A stretch of 64,000 nucleotides of DNA from an uncultured Verrucomicrobiae bacterium (GCA_963707025.1 CAVPOM010000015.1:64001-128000); one strand, 5' to 3'. Shown: positions 27,681 through 38,411, counted from the first letter of the stretch. Translations and numbers: made by a program. Notes: generated by a model not told the origin, from the sequence alone.

Positions 27681-28259
27681 AATACTTCGTTGAAAAAATG
27701 CCCGATGATGACCTCTATAAGGCGCTGCTAACTGGGGCACCCGAGGTGGATTCCGAGTGGGCGACAGTAGTGCGCCTGGCTTACAGAGCCGGGGTCAAAG
27801 CGGGCACAACTCGTCATCTGCAACGTCCTGATTTTGAGGAGGGTTATGTGAATCTGGGTCACCGCCTCAGCAAAGCAGTCGTGAGGAGAAGGCTCCCTGC
27901 GGAACGTCCTCGAGAGTATTCAATCGTTGCCCGAAGATCAGTTGTATATCTGTCCGCGCCTCCATGAGATGACGACCCTGCAGTTTGGAACTAAATGGCG
28001 GGATGTATGCCAGGCCGCCGGCGTGAAGGTGCCGATGATTGCGCTGACTTGGCGTTATCGCATCGAAAACAGGGATTCTCTCAAGCTGGAGAGGGCCATG
28101 TCCTATCTTGAAAAACTGGCCAAAGACTGGCTCGAGGAAGATCAGGTCAAGCAGCTATGGCTAGATGCAAAAGACTGGATATTGCTCCCTCCGAAACGGG
28201 ACACCCGGGGTCAACGGCGTACCAGGAAAGAATTGCTGGCCAGATCGGGTGGTCTTTAA
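27677..28259 (+). CDS. Degenerate recombinase-catalytic-domain-like paralog (frameshift near 27930)
   Basis: ATGA-coupled to the integrase. EWATVVRLAYRAG parallels EWKTLLMIMLYTG, and YICPRL...CQAAGV parallels FLCLNC...LKAAGV. Catalytic motifs are absent. Confidence 0.5.
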
Positions 28260-28404
28260 GAGAGCCATTATACATATGACTGAAGATTCAAAAACAAGAT
28301 TGACCACATGTTCAAACCTGCCCCATAATCTGGCACTCCGCGGTCAGTCTAATGCTGTGCTGGCACCTCGGAAATGTGGGGTCTCGATTCTCGTCGCCAA
28401 TAAA

Positions 28405-29330
28405 CAATAACAGGCGATGTTCCACTTTGTTCCATTTGCTGGTTCCGGGAGGGAAGTGCCAGACCGCAATCGCCAGACCGGTCTGGTCGGCCAAGCGGTG
28501 CAACTCCCATTTCCACAAGCGCAAGCGATATTCATTGCTGCCGCCTCCGTCAGCCGTGATCAGCAAGCGGGTCGCCGTAGGATACAACTGGCGTCCTTCG
28601 TGGCGCTTCCATCCGCGGATGGAAGCCACCGCAAAGGCGGCGGTGCCGTGATCGGTCCCCACATTGACACAGCCGGTGTTGTGCCCAAATCATAGATGCC
28701 GTAGGGATAGGCGCACGGCAATGATGGCTCTTGGAAATCGTGGCCCTTGACCCGTTCGGCGGCCTTCTTCCTGCGCCCCTGGCGCCCTTCATTCTCGAAG
28801 TTGCCCACCAGTTCCTTTTTCTTGGTGTCCACCGAAATCACCGGCCAACCCTGCCCAAGCGCCCGCCGCACTTCCTTGTTGATGTGCCGGAACTGCGCAT
28901 TCCGGTCAGGATGATCCTACCCCTCTTCGGTCTTGCGGTTGCCCTGCAAACCATGGTCCATGTCCCGAAGCAGTTGCGCTACCTTCTGGTGGCTGATCGG
29001 GTGTTGGTGACCGGTCAGTTCGTAGGCCAGCGCCCGGGTGCTTTTGCACTTCCAGCACAGCGGCGATTCCAGATCGCACGCGTCAGCGGCTCCACCAGAG
29101 ATGCCAGCAGGCTTGGCAGCGCGAGATTCCGCACCGTCAGTCGCCAACGCCCGCCTCCCCAATGACGGGTGCGGTCGTCAGGCAACGGTGGCGCGGCCAG
29201 TTCGTTGATCCCTTTGGTAATCGTGACCCGATACAAGCCGCAGGCACGGCTGATTGCCGCCTTGGCGACTGTCCGAGACTCGAATGTCCACCGGGATCGT
29301 CGCCATCTTTTATCGAGCGCCCGCGGCCAG
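28405..29330 (-). pseudogene. ISAzo13-family transposase, fragmented
   Basis: ESPLCWKCKSTRALA, LQGNRKTEEG, PVISVDTKKKELVGNF, LLITADGGGSN, HFPPGTSKWNKVEHRL spread over several frames with stops. Confidence 0.88.
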
Positions 29331-29426
29331 TACGCTGACGGGCGCATTTCTTTTTATCTCGCGCAACTGTTTTGACTGCTGGCGGTCTATTTTCGTTGCC
29401 GAAAGGCAGTCAAACAAAATCTCCTT

Positions 29427-29750
29427 ATGAAGACAAAAACTCTGGAAATTGCGGTCGATGAACCGCAGAACATTGATTATCCGAATTGCTACGCGGCGAT
29501 TCCGCCCAACGGCAAGGTGTGCGGTCACACCGGATTGAGGCACACGCACTTGTACACAATGCTCGCGGTAGGAGGTGCTGCGCGACCTTACGTCCGTGTC
29601 GTGAACCTGCGGGAACCCGGCGCGAGCAAGGGCAAAACTATATTCCATGTCGGCGATTTTTTCCGCTACCTGGATTGGAATGCCCGGCAACAGGGTTCTG
29701 GCGAGCAACGCTCCGTCATCCAGGATCAGGACGTCCCCAAAAGCCCGTAG
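29427..29750 (+). CDS. Small excisionase/AlpA-like DNA-binding protein
   Basis: TGLRHTHLYTML...VRVVNLREPGASKGKTIFHVGDFFRYLD resembles winged-HTH excisionase-like proteins. Located in the integrase island. Confidence 0.5.
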   Translation: MKTKTLEIAVDEPQNIDYPNCYAAIPPNGKVCGHTGLRHTHLYTMLAVGGAARPYVRVVNLREPGASKGKTIFHVGDFFRYLDWNARQQGSGEQRSVIQDQDVPKSP

Positions 29751-29799
29751 ACCGTCCTCGATGACTTTCCAAGTTTCGCCAGCCGGATCCAAGGACGTT

Positions 29800-30045
29800 G
29801 GGGGACGAGACGCCAAGGCGATCCTCATGGCCGCCAAGGGCCTGCGGAAGGACCAGATTGCCGACCGGGTTTCGCTGCCACGACAGATTATCAGCAAGTG
29901 GCGCAAACGCTTCATCGAGGAACGCCTGGACGGTTTGAAAAATCTTCCCCGTCCCGGGCGTCCACCCGTTTTTCCCCCTGAACTGGTCATGCAGGTCAAA
30001 GCCCTGGCGTGCGAGCTGCCCCATCAACACGGCCTGCCTCCGTCC
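29800..30045 (+). pseudogene. IS630-family transposase N-terminal HTH fragment
   Basis: AILMAAKG...IA.RV...ISKWRKRFIEERLDGLKNLPRPGRPPVF...VKALACELP. Confidence 0.8.
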
Positions 30046-30412
30046 GGCGCCTTCACTCATTACGTGCATCGAGAGAAGGTTTTTCCCGATTCGTCGTTCC
30101 GTTCGGCTTAAGATCGTCTGATCCATGATCACGGTTTGCGGGCCGGTCAAATCGAATATCTGCACCTGCTCAAACTGGCGGCCGAACTGGGCGAGTCGGC
30201 CCTCAGCGCCCTGGTCAGCGAATAGGCTGGGCCGAGCCGATCGGGCCGATGGCGCGCGGCGGATTTGCGGCGTTACTTGAACTTGGACACCGACCCCCGC
30301 TGGGGGGAGATGACGCTGGAGCCGGAACTGAGCGGCTACGACGCGTTGCTGGAAAGGCAGGTGTCCCATGAATAGCGACCCGCTGGCCTTGCTCCTAAAA
30401 TCCTTTCGCCTA
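30045..30412 (+). pseudogene. IS21-family IstA C-terminal / IstB N-terminal remnant
   Basis: PGAF.HY.HRE..FP...FR, EYLHLLKLAA, ELSGYDALL, followed by overlapping MNSDPLALLLKSFRL. Contains stops. Confidence 0.6.
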
Positions 30413-30740
30413 GCTGGCCGTCCGCGTCGAGGTCCCTTGGGGGATGAAGCCGGGAAATGAACGACCCCGTTGCAGCGCACCCTACTGATCAAGTGACGGC
30501 CCTGAGCGAGCAAGCGCCGGGCGAATTTGGCGGCGGCGTAATAGGCGTCGGCCACCACCGTCACCGGCTAGTCCCAGGGCAAGCCCACGAGCAAGGCCGC
30601 CAATTTATCCAGCAAGGTGCGCCGGTCGCGATTGCTCCAGACCACCCCCTTGTGAAGAATGCGGACGGCCATGGGGACGGCCAGATTAACCCCCGCCGCC
30701 TGCGCCAAGTCCGCAACGGCCTGTATGGAATGGCTCATGA
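30413..30740 (-). pseudogene. IS4/IS701-like DDE transposase fragment
   Basis: VVADAYYAAAKF...HLISRVRCNGV...KGPRRGRP. Confidence 0.65.
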
Positions 30741-31209
30741 TAAAGGAAGCATTGGCGTTGTTTTTTCTTCGATTGGCGGCTCCTCATCCTCTCGAAAACG
30801 GAGTCAAACACAAATTTCGAAGCCGACTCGAGAAAGGACCGGGCAGTAAAATGAAACAATCAACCAGAAAGAAAAAGCATGTCGAATCCGAACGCCACTG
30901 TGCTGATGGGGCGCCTTGTACGCAACCCCATCATTCGAAACAATGGCTCCAAGATGTCACAGAACCGCGACCGCAGAATCCGTCGAAGCCCAACGACGGC
31001 GACGAGCACGAACACGCGACGCCTGTTGGCGGCTGGGAAGCCGACGGCAGGCCGCCGTTTTGAACGTCGAACCCGCAGGCGGCACAGCCAACTCGTGTGA
31101 GCCGAACGCGGTTACCTCCACACCTGGAGCGCGAAATCTGACACGCACGGCAGGATCTATGCGCTGACTTGTTTCGCTGGCCAATCTGGCCGGCAGTCCA
31201 AAAACGAGG

Positions 31210-31662
31210 TTGGGAGAAACCCACCGGCCTTCAACAGTACCTCTCAACCACGATTCCCGAGTTATGCCCCAAAATCGAATCTTCGAGCGCCCGGACTGCC
31301 AGCGGCGTTCTTTATCAGCATCCTTGACAGACGTCACTAAAACCGCCCGGCAGTGGGACGCCGTCTTCGCCATGCGCGTTCATCCGGAACTGCTTGGAAG
31401 ATACACTGCGCCGAATATTGCCGATGATGATGAGGGATATTATCTGGTCGGCGCCTTGGTGCAGGAGATTGATGCTGCCCTCGACGGTCGAAGACCGAGC
31501 CGGCTTGTGAGTTGCGGCAACTTTCTTGCCATTGATTTCACATTCCTGGCGCGACGCCGCCGGACATCAAGTGAGGAAGTTCTGAACCTGCGGGCTGTCC
31601 TTGGCCCTTGCGACGGCAGCCACCCCTTTGTGTGCGTGGTAAGGCAAGCCCCGCCGTTCTGA
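31210..31662 (+). CDS. Hypothetical protein
   Basis: Open frame with plausible composition inside the island. Confidence 0.4.
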   Translation: MGETHRPSTVPLNHDSRVMPQNRIFERPDCQRRSLSASLTDVTKTARQWDAVFAMRVHPELLGRYTAPNIADDDEGYYLVGALVQEIDAALDGRRPSRLVSCGNFLAIDFTFLARRRRTSSEEVLNLRAVLGPCDGSHPFVCVVRQAPPF

Positions 31663-31825
31663 ACGTGCTGGAAGTGCATCGATTACGATCCAAGTTAATT
31701 CCGGACCAGAAACTGGACAATTCAGCCCAACGCGGCGCCGCGCGAAGTGTGTTTTTCCCGGCTGCTTTTGCCTTTTTCCATCTAGCCCTGACCGCTACGG
31801 CGAGTTTGCTGGCAAACCAAAAGGC

Positions 31826-32673
31826 ATGAACAAGCAAACTCGGAAAACAAGACTTCCCGAGGACGGATTTATGACCGCTCCGGGCTATCCGTTTTCGGCC
31901 CGCGACATCTTCGGCGATTTGCGCTCCAGGCTTGCCGCAGAGCACCGGCGCCCGATGAGCTTCGAGCGATTAGCCAAATTGCTCGGCCGGTCCAAGAGCA
32001 CCACTTACAATTGGTTCGACATCTTTCACCACCCGCATGTGCTCGGCTTTTTATGCCTGTTGGAGCGCTTGCCACCGGCAGAACGCCAAACTTTCATCGA
32101 GACCCACTGTCGGGCTTACCCGACTTTGGATGACCCACGCCTGGCCCATGCCCCTGGAAAAACAGCCAAATTGCTGGAGTTGCTGGATCAGCATGCGGGT
32201 CTGACCATCATCACCGGCGGCACGGATTTCTCACGCACCTTCGTGTTTACCGCCCTGGCCCATGCCGCCAGCCGGGCTTACGGAAAGCTGCCTGCGGCGG
32301 CGGGAATCGATCTCCATCGCTCCAACCTTTTCGTTCCGGTGGAATCGCTGATTTACATCAATGAAGATCTGGCCCGGATCATGCCCGCCGACTCACGCAG
32401 AGAATATGGCCCAGGGTTCTGACGTCGGGGGCGCCGCGTTTGTTTTTTAACCGCGTGTGGTCCTCCGTGCCAGAGGTTCGCGATGATCTGTTGCGCTGCG
32501 CCGGGTTCAAGCACGTCGTCATCGCCGAAGAGGGGACGTTGGACGTGGGTGACCTGAAGACCATGGTCTCCACCCCTATTCATGTAATGACGCTTTCAAC
32601 CGCCCAATCCGTTCCGGAGGGGAACCTGGTGGATTGCCGGCGCGTGCAGCGCGCAAAACGCCCGGGAAATTGA
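31826..32673 (+). CDS. HTH-containing hypothetical protein (probable frameshift near 32380)
   Basis: HTH-like MSFERLAKLLGRSKSTTYNWF. ORF 32440..32673 appears to continue it in another frame. Confidence 0.5.
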
Positions 32674-32775
32674 GGTTTTGGAAAGAAAGGCCGTCCAATG
32701 GATTGGACATTCCTTGCCTTGGCATCAAGAACCAAGCACAGTGACGGCGCTGTGTGCCAGATTTAGAGGCCCAGC

Positions 32776-33708
32776 TTGATGAATAATTTGGTCCGCACGC
32801 AAACCATGCACCACAACCAAATCATAGCCGTCCTTCGGGAACATGGTTTTGCCGAGGGACGCCTGATCGCGAATTCAAAAAGCGGCTATTGCAAGCGGCA
32901 CCGCAGCCACTTTGTTGTGTTCAACGCCCAGGTTTGCAACCTCCGCGGTCGGCTGCTCAAACAGGCCGACTTGGACCTGACGTTGGACGGGGAGAAGCTC
33001 ACGCAGGCAGCGCGCGCTACGGGAGAGAACTTTTACGTGCTCTACGAGAGCGATCCGAGCCCTTTTTGGAAACCCGGTTCGATACCGATGCCCCGGGTCC
33101 TGCGGGACGCGGTCTGGAGGACGCGGATCCATCGGGAGGACGAGGACCTCTTTCTCCCCATGAATTCCGGTCCCCTGGAGAGGAAGCGGGTTCGATTGCG
33201 TTGCAGCCTGGGCCGTTGGCAAAACCAGCCAGCCTACTCTGTGGACTTGTGGGACAAGCTGGCCTGGGGGAGCGGTCGCAACCTGTCCGGAGCGGTCGTT
33301 CAGGTGCTGGGACACCCGCCCAGGGGTCTCAGGCCGACGGAGAAAGCTGAGGTTTTCGCGGCTGAAGTCTCCAAAACCCGGGGGTGCCCTGTGCGTCCTG
33401 TGTTTTACCACCGCGTCGGATTGCTGAACTATGTTTGGTTCAGTCACGGCGCCGCCGTTCCGGCGATCTTGTATGACCACATCGTCCGACGATTGGATTC
33501 GGTCAGGTTCACATGGCACAGGGACAGTTCGGCCATCCATTTGCGCCAGGCGGGCGAAGTGGTGGGACTGTTTTGGCCATGTTGCATTTCTGCGCCGGAA
33601 GTTCTTGCCAATGCGCGTCGGCGGTTGTTCGGACTTTTGCAAAAAGCACAGAGGCCGAGGAGAATCCTCGCTGAGTTGTGGACGAGATGCCAACAGGAGA
33701 AGCTATGA
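32776..33708 (+). CDS. Hypothetical protein
   Basis: 310-aa open frame with no recognised family. Confidence 0.5.
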   Translation: MMNNLVRTQTMHHNQIIAVLREHGFAEGRLIANSKSGYCKRHRSHFVVFNAQVCNLRGRLLKQADLDLTLDGEKLTQAARATGENFYVLYESDPSPFWKPGSIPMPRVLRDAVWRTRIHREDEDLFLPMNSGPLERKRVRLRCSLGRWQNQPAYSVDLWDKLAWGSGRNLSGAVVQVLGHPPRGLRPTEKAEVFAAEVSKTRGCPVRPVFYHRVGLLNYVWFSHGAAVPAILYDHIVRRLDSVRFTWHRDSSAIHLRQAGEVVGLFWPCCISAPEVLANARRRLFGLLQKAQRPRRILAELWTRCQQEKL

Positions 33709-33738
33709 TGCGATTCCACAAACCAAAAATCGGGCAGG

Positions 33739-33999
33739 GTGAAAAGCCCGCCAGGCAAGGTCGTCTCGCGACGAACCGGCCAGAGGGCCTGGGTCTTCAA
33801 GGGTTCAACAGTGCCGCTGCGCGCTCTGTTCGAAGCTCTGGCCGATGGGGGGAGCGTTGGAGGGTTCGTCAAACGGTTCCTCGATCTAAAGGCGGAGGAA
33901 ATCAAAAATGTGCTTCGCGGTGTGGGTCTTCTGGTTGATTACCATGGCGCCGAATGGGATGACTTTTGCACTGACCAAGAGACGCGACAAAATCCATGA
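33739..33999 (+). CDS. DUF433-like protein
   Basis: PGKV...AWVFKGSTVPLRALFEALADGGSV..F...F..L..EEI..VL matches the DUF433 pattern. Confidence 0.7.
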   Translation: MKSPPGKVVSRRTGQRAWVFKGSTVPLRALFEALADGGSVGGFVKRFLDLKAEEIKNVLRGVGLLVDYHGAEWDDFCTDQETRQNP

Positions 34000-34438
34000 C
34001 TGAAAACTCAAACCGACTGAACGATCAAAGCTTCCCGCCGGCGCCCGCCGACCAAGGGGCTGTCGCTAGAGGAAATTCTAAGACAGCGATGGCGGGCGAT
34101 GGGGAATCGGCATCGCGCTTGTCGTGGCGCGATCCGGAGCAGCCGACGGTCGCCAATTCGCCTGGCCGTGGTGCGAACCCTGGTGGGCGCGCCCGCAGGA
34201 AGGCATGGCGGCGGCGCTTGGTTCAGGAACTTAAAGCCAAAGGCCAAAGCCAGCGGGGAATCAGGCGCAGAGGCTGGTGGAGCTTGCCCAACAGTTGCGA
34301 CTGGGGGCGCGCTGGTATTATTGACTCCATCATACCACCATCATACCAGCACTTTCCCGACGCAGCGGGCCGCACGGAGCCGCAGGGATTGACGCTACGA
34401 GGGAGACGGGGTATCCTCCGAGGGAAATGTTGCGTCAG

Positions 34439-34490
34439 GTACTGCCTTCTAAGCAGTCGGTCGCGCGTTCGAATCGCGCCGGGAGCGCCA
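34439..34490 (+). mobile_element. 3' fragment of tRNA-Arg(UCU), probable attR of the integrated element
   Basis: ACTGC-CTTCTAA-GCAGT anticodon arm, GCGCG-TTCGAAT-CGCGC T-arm, CGGGAGC-G-CCA. No 5' acceptor strand or D-arm upstream. Direct repeat TCATACCA(C/G)CA at 34330-34351. Confidence 0.85.
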
Positions 34491-34533
34491 TTGCACTTGA
34501 CCGTGACCTCAAAGCAGGCTAACTACATGGGCC

Positions 34534-35067
34534 ATGAAAACGACATTCCGCCAGCTCGCCCTCGGCCTTTTCATCCTGCTTCCGTTGGTCGCGCGGGCCG
34601 AAGACCCCCCCAACCCGGCCATCGCGCCCCATGCGCCGGATCTGGTCGCATTGCAGGGCGATCAATTCGCGCCCTTCAAAGCGGATGAGTTTCTCAAGGC
34701 CCGTTACACCATCCTCTATTTCAGCGCCGGCTGGTGCCCCGACTGCCGGCTCTTTTCCCCGGCTCTCGTCCGGGCCTACGACGCCCAGCCGAAAGGCGCC
34801 GGCCGTTTCGAGGTCTTGTTGTTGACACGGGATAAAACCGAAAAGGACCTGCTGCAATACATGCGCAGTGAAAAGATGAAGTGGCCGGCCCTGGCCTTCG
34901 ACAAAGTGGCGGCGGCCGATGATTTGAAGAAGTTTTATTCGGGCGCCGGCATCCCCTGCCTGACGATTCTGGATCAAAAGGGCGCCGTGGTTTTGCAAAG
35001 CAAGAGCGACAAGGATGCGGTCCGGGTCTTAAAGCAATTGCAGGACTTGCTCGCCGCCAAGGGCTGA
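34534..35067 (+). CDS. Secreted thioredoxin-like protein (nucleoredoxin/tryparedoxin type)
   Basis: Signal peptide, LYFSAGWCPDCR, M.WPAL, GIPCL. Confidence 0.88.
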   Translation: MKTTFRQLALGLFILLPLVARAEDPPNPAIAPHAPDLVALQGDQFAPFKADEFLKARYTILYFSAGWCPDCRLFSPALVRAYDAQPKGAGRFEVLLLTRDKTEKDLLQYMRSEKMKWPALAFDKVAAADDLKKFYSGAGIPCLTILDQKGAVVLQSKSDKDAVRVLKQLQDLLAAKG

Positions 35068-35113
35068 CGCGCCCGGCCCGTTCCAACCCGCCTTGGCCTG
35101 CCCCGGCGATGTT

Positions 35114-36340
35114 CTAGCGTCCGGCCGCAGAGGTCTTTCCGCAATTCTCCAAAACCACGGCGATGCCTTGCCCGACCCCGATGCACATGGTGCAGAGGGC
35201 GTAGCGTCCGCCGGTTCCGGACAGTTGATGGGCTGCGGTGGTGAGCAGGCGCGCCCCGCTCATCCCCAGGGGATGGCCCAGGGCAATGGCGCCGCCTTGC
35301 GGATTGATGCGCGCATCGTTGTCGGCCAGGCCCAATTGGCGGGAGCAGGCCAGCGCTTGTGCGGCGAAGGCCTCGTTCAACTCAAGGATGGCCATGTCGC
35401 CCAGCGCAAGTCCGAGTCGCTCCAGCAGTTTGCGGGTGGCCGGCACCGGGCCGATCCCCATGATGGTCGGCGCTACTCCGGCGACGGCCGCCCCTAAAAT
35501 GCGCGCGCGCGGAGTCAGTCCATGCCGGGTTACCGCGCTTTCGGAGGCGATCAGCAACGCGGCGGCCCCGTCGTTGATGCCGGAGGCATTGCCGGCGGTG
35601 ACCGTTCCTTGCGGGCGGACGATGGGCTTCAATTGCGAGAGTTTTTCCAGGCTGGTGGCGCGGGGATGTTCGTCCTTCGCCACGAGGATGGGATCCCCTT
35701 TGCGCCGGGGGACCGCGACCGGGATGATTTCCGCGGAGAGACGGCCATCGGCCTGGGCGGCGGCGGTTTTTTCCTGGCTCCACAGGGCGAAGCGATCCTG
35801 GTCTTGCCGGCTGATGGAAAACTGGCCGGCCAGATTTTCCGCCGTTTCCGGCATGGTTTCGATGCCGTAGCGTTCCCGCATCCGTTGATTGACAAACCGC
35901 CAGCCGATGGTGGTATCGTAAATCTCCGGCTGTCGCGCAAACGCGGCCGTGGCCTTGGCCATCACGAAGGGCGCGCGGGACATGCTTTCCACACCGCCGG
36001 CGATGAGAAGCTCGGCCTCTCCCGCGACAATGGCGCGGGCGGCGCCGGCCACGGCTTCCATCCCCGATCCGCACAACCGGTTGACGGTGCAGCCGGAAAC
36101 CGTTTCCGGCAACCCGCAAAGGAGCGCGGCCATGCGCGCGACATTGCGGTTGTCTTCACCCGCCTGGTTGGCGCATCCCAGAATGACGTCATCCACCGCG
36201 GCCCAGTCCACGGCCGGGTTGCGCTCCATGAGCGCTTTGATCGGGAGGGTGGCCAAATCATCCGCCCGGATGGCGGCCAGGGCTTCCCCGTAGCGGCCGA
36301 CCGGGGTGCGGATGGCGTCGCAGATAAAGGCGTGTTTCAT
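35114..36340 (-). CDS. pcaF: 3-oxoadipyl-CoA thiolase
   Basis: AFICDAIRTP, GCANQAGEDNRNVARM, NRLCGSG, DTTIGWRF, NEAF, GHPLG, CIGVGQG. These fit the PcaF/PaaJ subfamily. Confidence 0.9.
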   Translation of the reverse strand: MKHAFICDAIRTPVGRYGEALAAIRADDLATLPIKALMERNPAVDWAAVDDVILGCANQAGEDNRNVARMAALLCGLPETVSGCTVNRLCGSGMEAVAGAARAIVAGEAELLIAGGVESMSRAPFVMAKATAAFARQPEIYDTTIGWRFVNQRMRERYGIETMPETAENLAGQFSISRQDQDRFALWSQEKTAAAQADGRLSAEIIPVAVPRRKGDPILVAKDEHPRATSLEKLSQLKPIVRPQGTVTAGNASGINDGAAALLIASESAVTRHGLTPRARILGAAVAGVAPTIMGIGPVPATRKLLERLGLALGDMAILELNEAFAAQALACSRQLGLADNDARINPQGGAIALGHPLGMSGARLLTTAAHQLSGTGGRYALCTMCIGVGQGIAVVLENCGKTSAAGR

Positions 36341-37695
36341 GCTTTTTTGCCGGTGAGTTGCTCCGCGGCGGCCAGCTCGGCTGGCATCGCTTTGATCTTG
36401 CGGAAACCAGAGAGCAAGACCTCGGTCAGGCGGTCAATTTCCGGCTGGTTCATTGGGGTGGAAAGTGTCCCGGAACAGGTGCTGATCAAAATGATCCCTT
36501 CCTCCAGCGCGTGTTCGATCAGCGCCCGGACCAGCCGGGCCTCCCCGGCGGTGACATAGCTTTCCCGATAGTTTCTCGGAGGCCTGGTCTTCATGTGAAT
36601 GCGGAAAATGGAGCCGCCTCCCGTAACGCACGCCGGAATCCCGGCGCTGCGGATGGCCTCGCCGATTTGACGGCGCGCCACTGCCCCAAGGCGATTGAGG
36701 TTGGCAACTCGTTCGCGGTCGAAGTATTCCATGGCGGCCAGTCCCGCCGTCATCGTGATGGGGTTGGCGGAGAATGTCCCAGAGTGGGGAAAGAGAACCT
36801 TTTCCGCAAGCGGATTAAAAACCTCCATCACCTCCTTGCGGCCGGTGACCGCCCCGACCGGGAAGCCGCCTCCGATCATTTTGCCCAACGCGGTCAGGTC
36901 GGGCCCCTCCGGGAACCACTCCTGTGCCCCCCCATAGGCCGAGCGGTAGGTGATCACTTCGTCGAAAACCAGGAGCGCGCCGTGCTGTTGCGTCCAATTC
37001 CGCAGCGCCTCGATAAACGGCGCCCCCGCCGGGATGAATCCAACCCGATGGGGCATGGGATCCACCAGCACGCAGGCCAGCTCCCCGGCGTGGCGGTCCA
37101 GAATGGCCAGCGCGACTTCCGGATTGTTGAATGGGATGACGATGACCTCATCCAAGGCGGAACGCGGCGTGCCTTGCGCCACCGCAATGCTGCGCGGTTG
37201 TTTGGCCTCGCCCCAATTGGCCGGCTGCGCGGTCTGGCTTACCTCCGCATAATCATACAGACCGTGATAGGCGCCCTCCACCTTGGCGATCTTGGGCCGC
37301 CCCGTGTAGGCGCGCGCCGCCTTGAGGCAGCACATGACAGCCTCCGTGCCTGAATTGACGAAACGGATCTTCTCGAAACCCTTCGTGCGCCGGGTCATGT
37401 GCTCGGCCAGTTCAACTTCAACTTCCGTGGCGAAGGTGTAGCCGGTACCTTTCTGCAATTGCCGGGTCACTGCCTCCACAATCACCGGGTGAGCATGGCC
37501 GTGGATGAGCGAAGCCATGTTGTTGGCGAAGTCAATCCGGCGATGGCCTTCCACGTCGGTCAGATAGCATCCCTCGCCCTTGGACGCGTAGAGCGGATAA
37601 GGACGCCGCAACACCGTGTTGCGGCTCACGCCGCCGGGCAGAACGCCCAGGGCCCGTTCATAAATCTGCCGGCTGCGTGAATAATCGTGCGTCAT
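36337..37695 (-). CDS. Class III PLP aminotransferase (GSA-aminomutase-like; putative beta-amino acid aminotransferase)
   Basis: From MTHDYS: PGGVSR, RFVNSGTEA, YHG, FDEVIT, LGKMIGGGFPVGA, HSGTFSANP. ATGA-coupled on both sides. Confidence 0.9.
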   Translation of the reverse strand: MTHDYSRSRQIYERALGVLPGGVSRNTVLRRPYPLYASKGEGCYLTDVEGHRRIDFANNMASLIHGHAHPVIVEAVTRQLQKGTGYTFATEVEVELAEHMTRRTKGFEKIRFVNSGTEAVMCCLKAARAYTGRPKIAKVEGAYHGLYDYAEVSQTAQPANWGEAKQPRSIAVAQGTPRSALDEVIVIPFNNPEVALAILDRHAGELACVLVDPMPHRVGFIPAGAPFIEALRNWTQQHGALLVFDEVITYRSAYGGAQEWFPEGPDLTALGKMIGGGFPVGAVTGRKEVMEVFNPLAEKVLFPHSGTFSANPITMTAGLAAMEYFDRERVANLNRLGAVARRQIGEAIRSAGIPACVTGGGSIFRIHMKTRPPRNYRESYVTAGEARLVRALIEHALEEGIILISTCSGTLSTPMNQPEIDRLTEVLLSGFRKIKAMPAELAAAEQLTGKKA

Positions 37696-38411
37696 AGACT
37701 GGGAACGGTTCCCGCCGCCGATCGTTCCGCGAGTGCCGCGGTCCGCCCATCCATCAAGGGTGCGGCGGTCTTTTCCTGCACGGCGCCAAACTCCAGGCCC
37801 GGCGCAATCCTGCGCGCCACCAGCCCGGCGGGGGTCACGTCTATGATGGCCAGGTTGGTGTAGATTCGGTCCACCACGCCTTTGCCGGTCAAGGGATAGG
37901 TGCAGGCGGCCACGATCTTTGGTTCGCCATTTCGGGTGGTGTGTTCGGTCAGGACGAAAATCTTTTTCACCCCCGCCACCAAGTCCATGGCCCCGCCCAC
38001 TGCCGGAATGGCATCGGCGGCGCCGGTGGACCAGTTGGCCAGATCGCCTTGGGCGGAGACTTGCATGGCGCCCAGCACGCAAAGATCAATGTGCCCGCCG
38101 CGAATCATGGCAAAGCTGTCGGCGTGATGAAAATAGGCGGCCCCGGCAATGGCCGTCACCATCTTTTTGCCGGCATTGATCAACTCAGGGTCTTCCTGGC
38201 CGGGCGCCGGCGCCGGTCCCATGCCGAGCAGTCCGTTCTCCGTTTGGAATATCACCTCGCGTCCGGCCGGCACGAATTGGGCCACCAATTCCGGCAGGCC
38301 GATGCCCAGATTCACGCACGCCCCATCCGGAATGTCCTCCGCCACCAGGCGGGCCATTTCCTCCCGGCCCCACTCGGGGCGACATTTGCCGGGTGCCGTT
38401 ACGGGTAGCAT
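37692..38411 (-). CDS. pcaJ: 3-oxoacid (3-oxoadipate) CoA-transferase subunit B
   Basis: VNLGIGLP, TENG (catalytic Glu), SFAMIRGGHID, GDLANW, IPAVGGAMDL. Confidence 0.88.
   Translation of the reverse strand: MLPVTAPGKCRPEWGREEMARLVAEDIPDGACVNLGIGLPELVAQFVPAGREVIFQTENGLLGMGPAPAPGQEDPELINAGKKMVTAIAGAAYFHHADSFAMIRGGHIDLCVLGAMQVSAQGDLANWSTGAADAIPAVGGAMDLVAGVKKIFVLTEHTTRNGEPKIVAACTYPLTGKGVVDRIYTNLAIIDVTPAGLVARRIAPGLEFGAVQEKTAAPLMDGRTAALAERSAAGTVPSL

Noticed and set aside
34400..34490. Complete tRNA-Arg gene
   Set aside because: No 5' acceptor strand or D-arm upstream of the anticodon arm, so it is treated as an att fragment.
36337..37695. hemL (tetrapyrrole biosynthesis)
   Set aside because: HemL-like fold, but it has PGGVSRN rather than PGGVNSP, is embedded in pcaIJF, and no hem genes are nearby.
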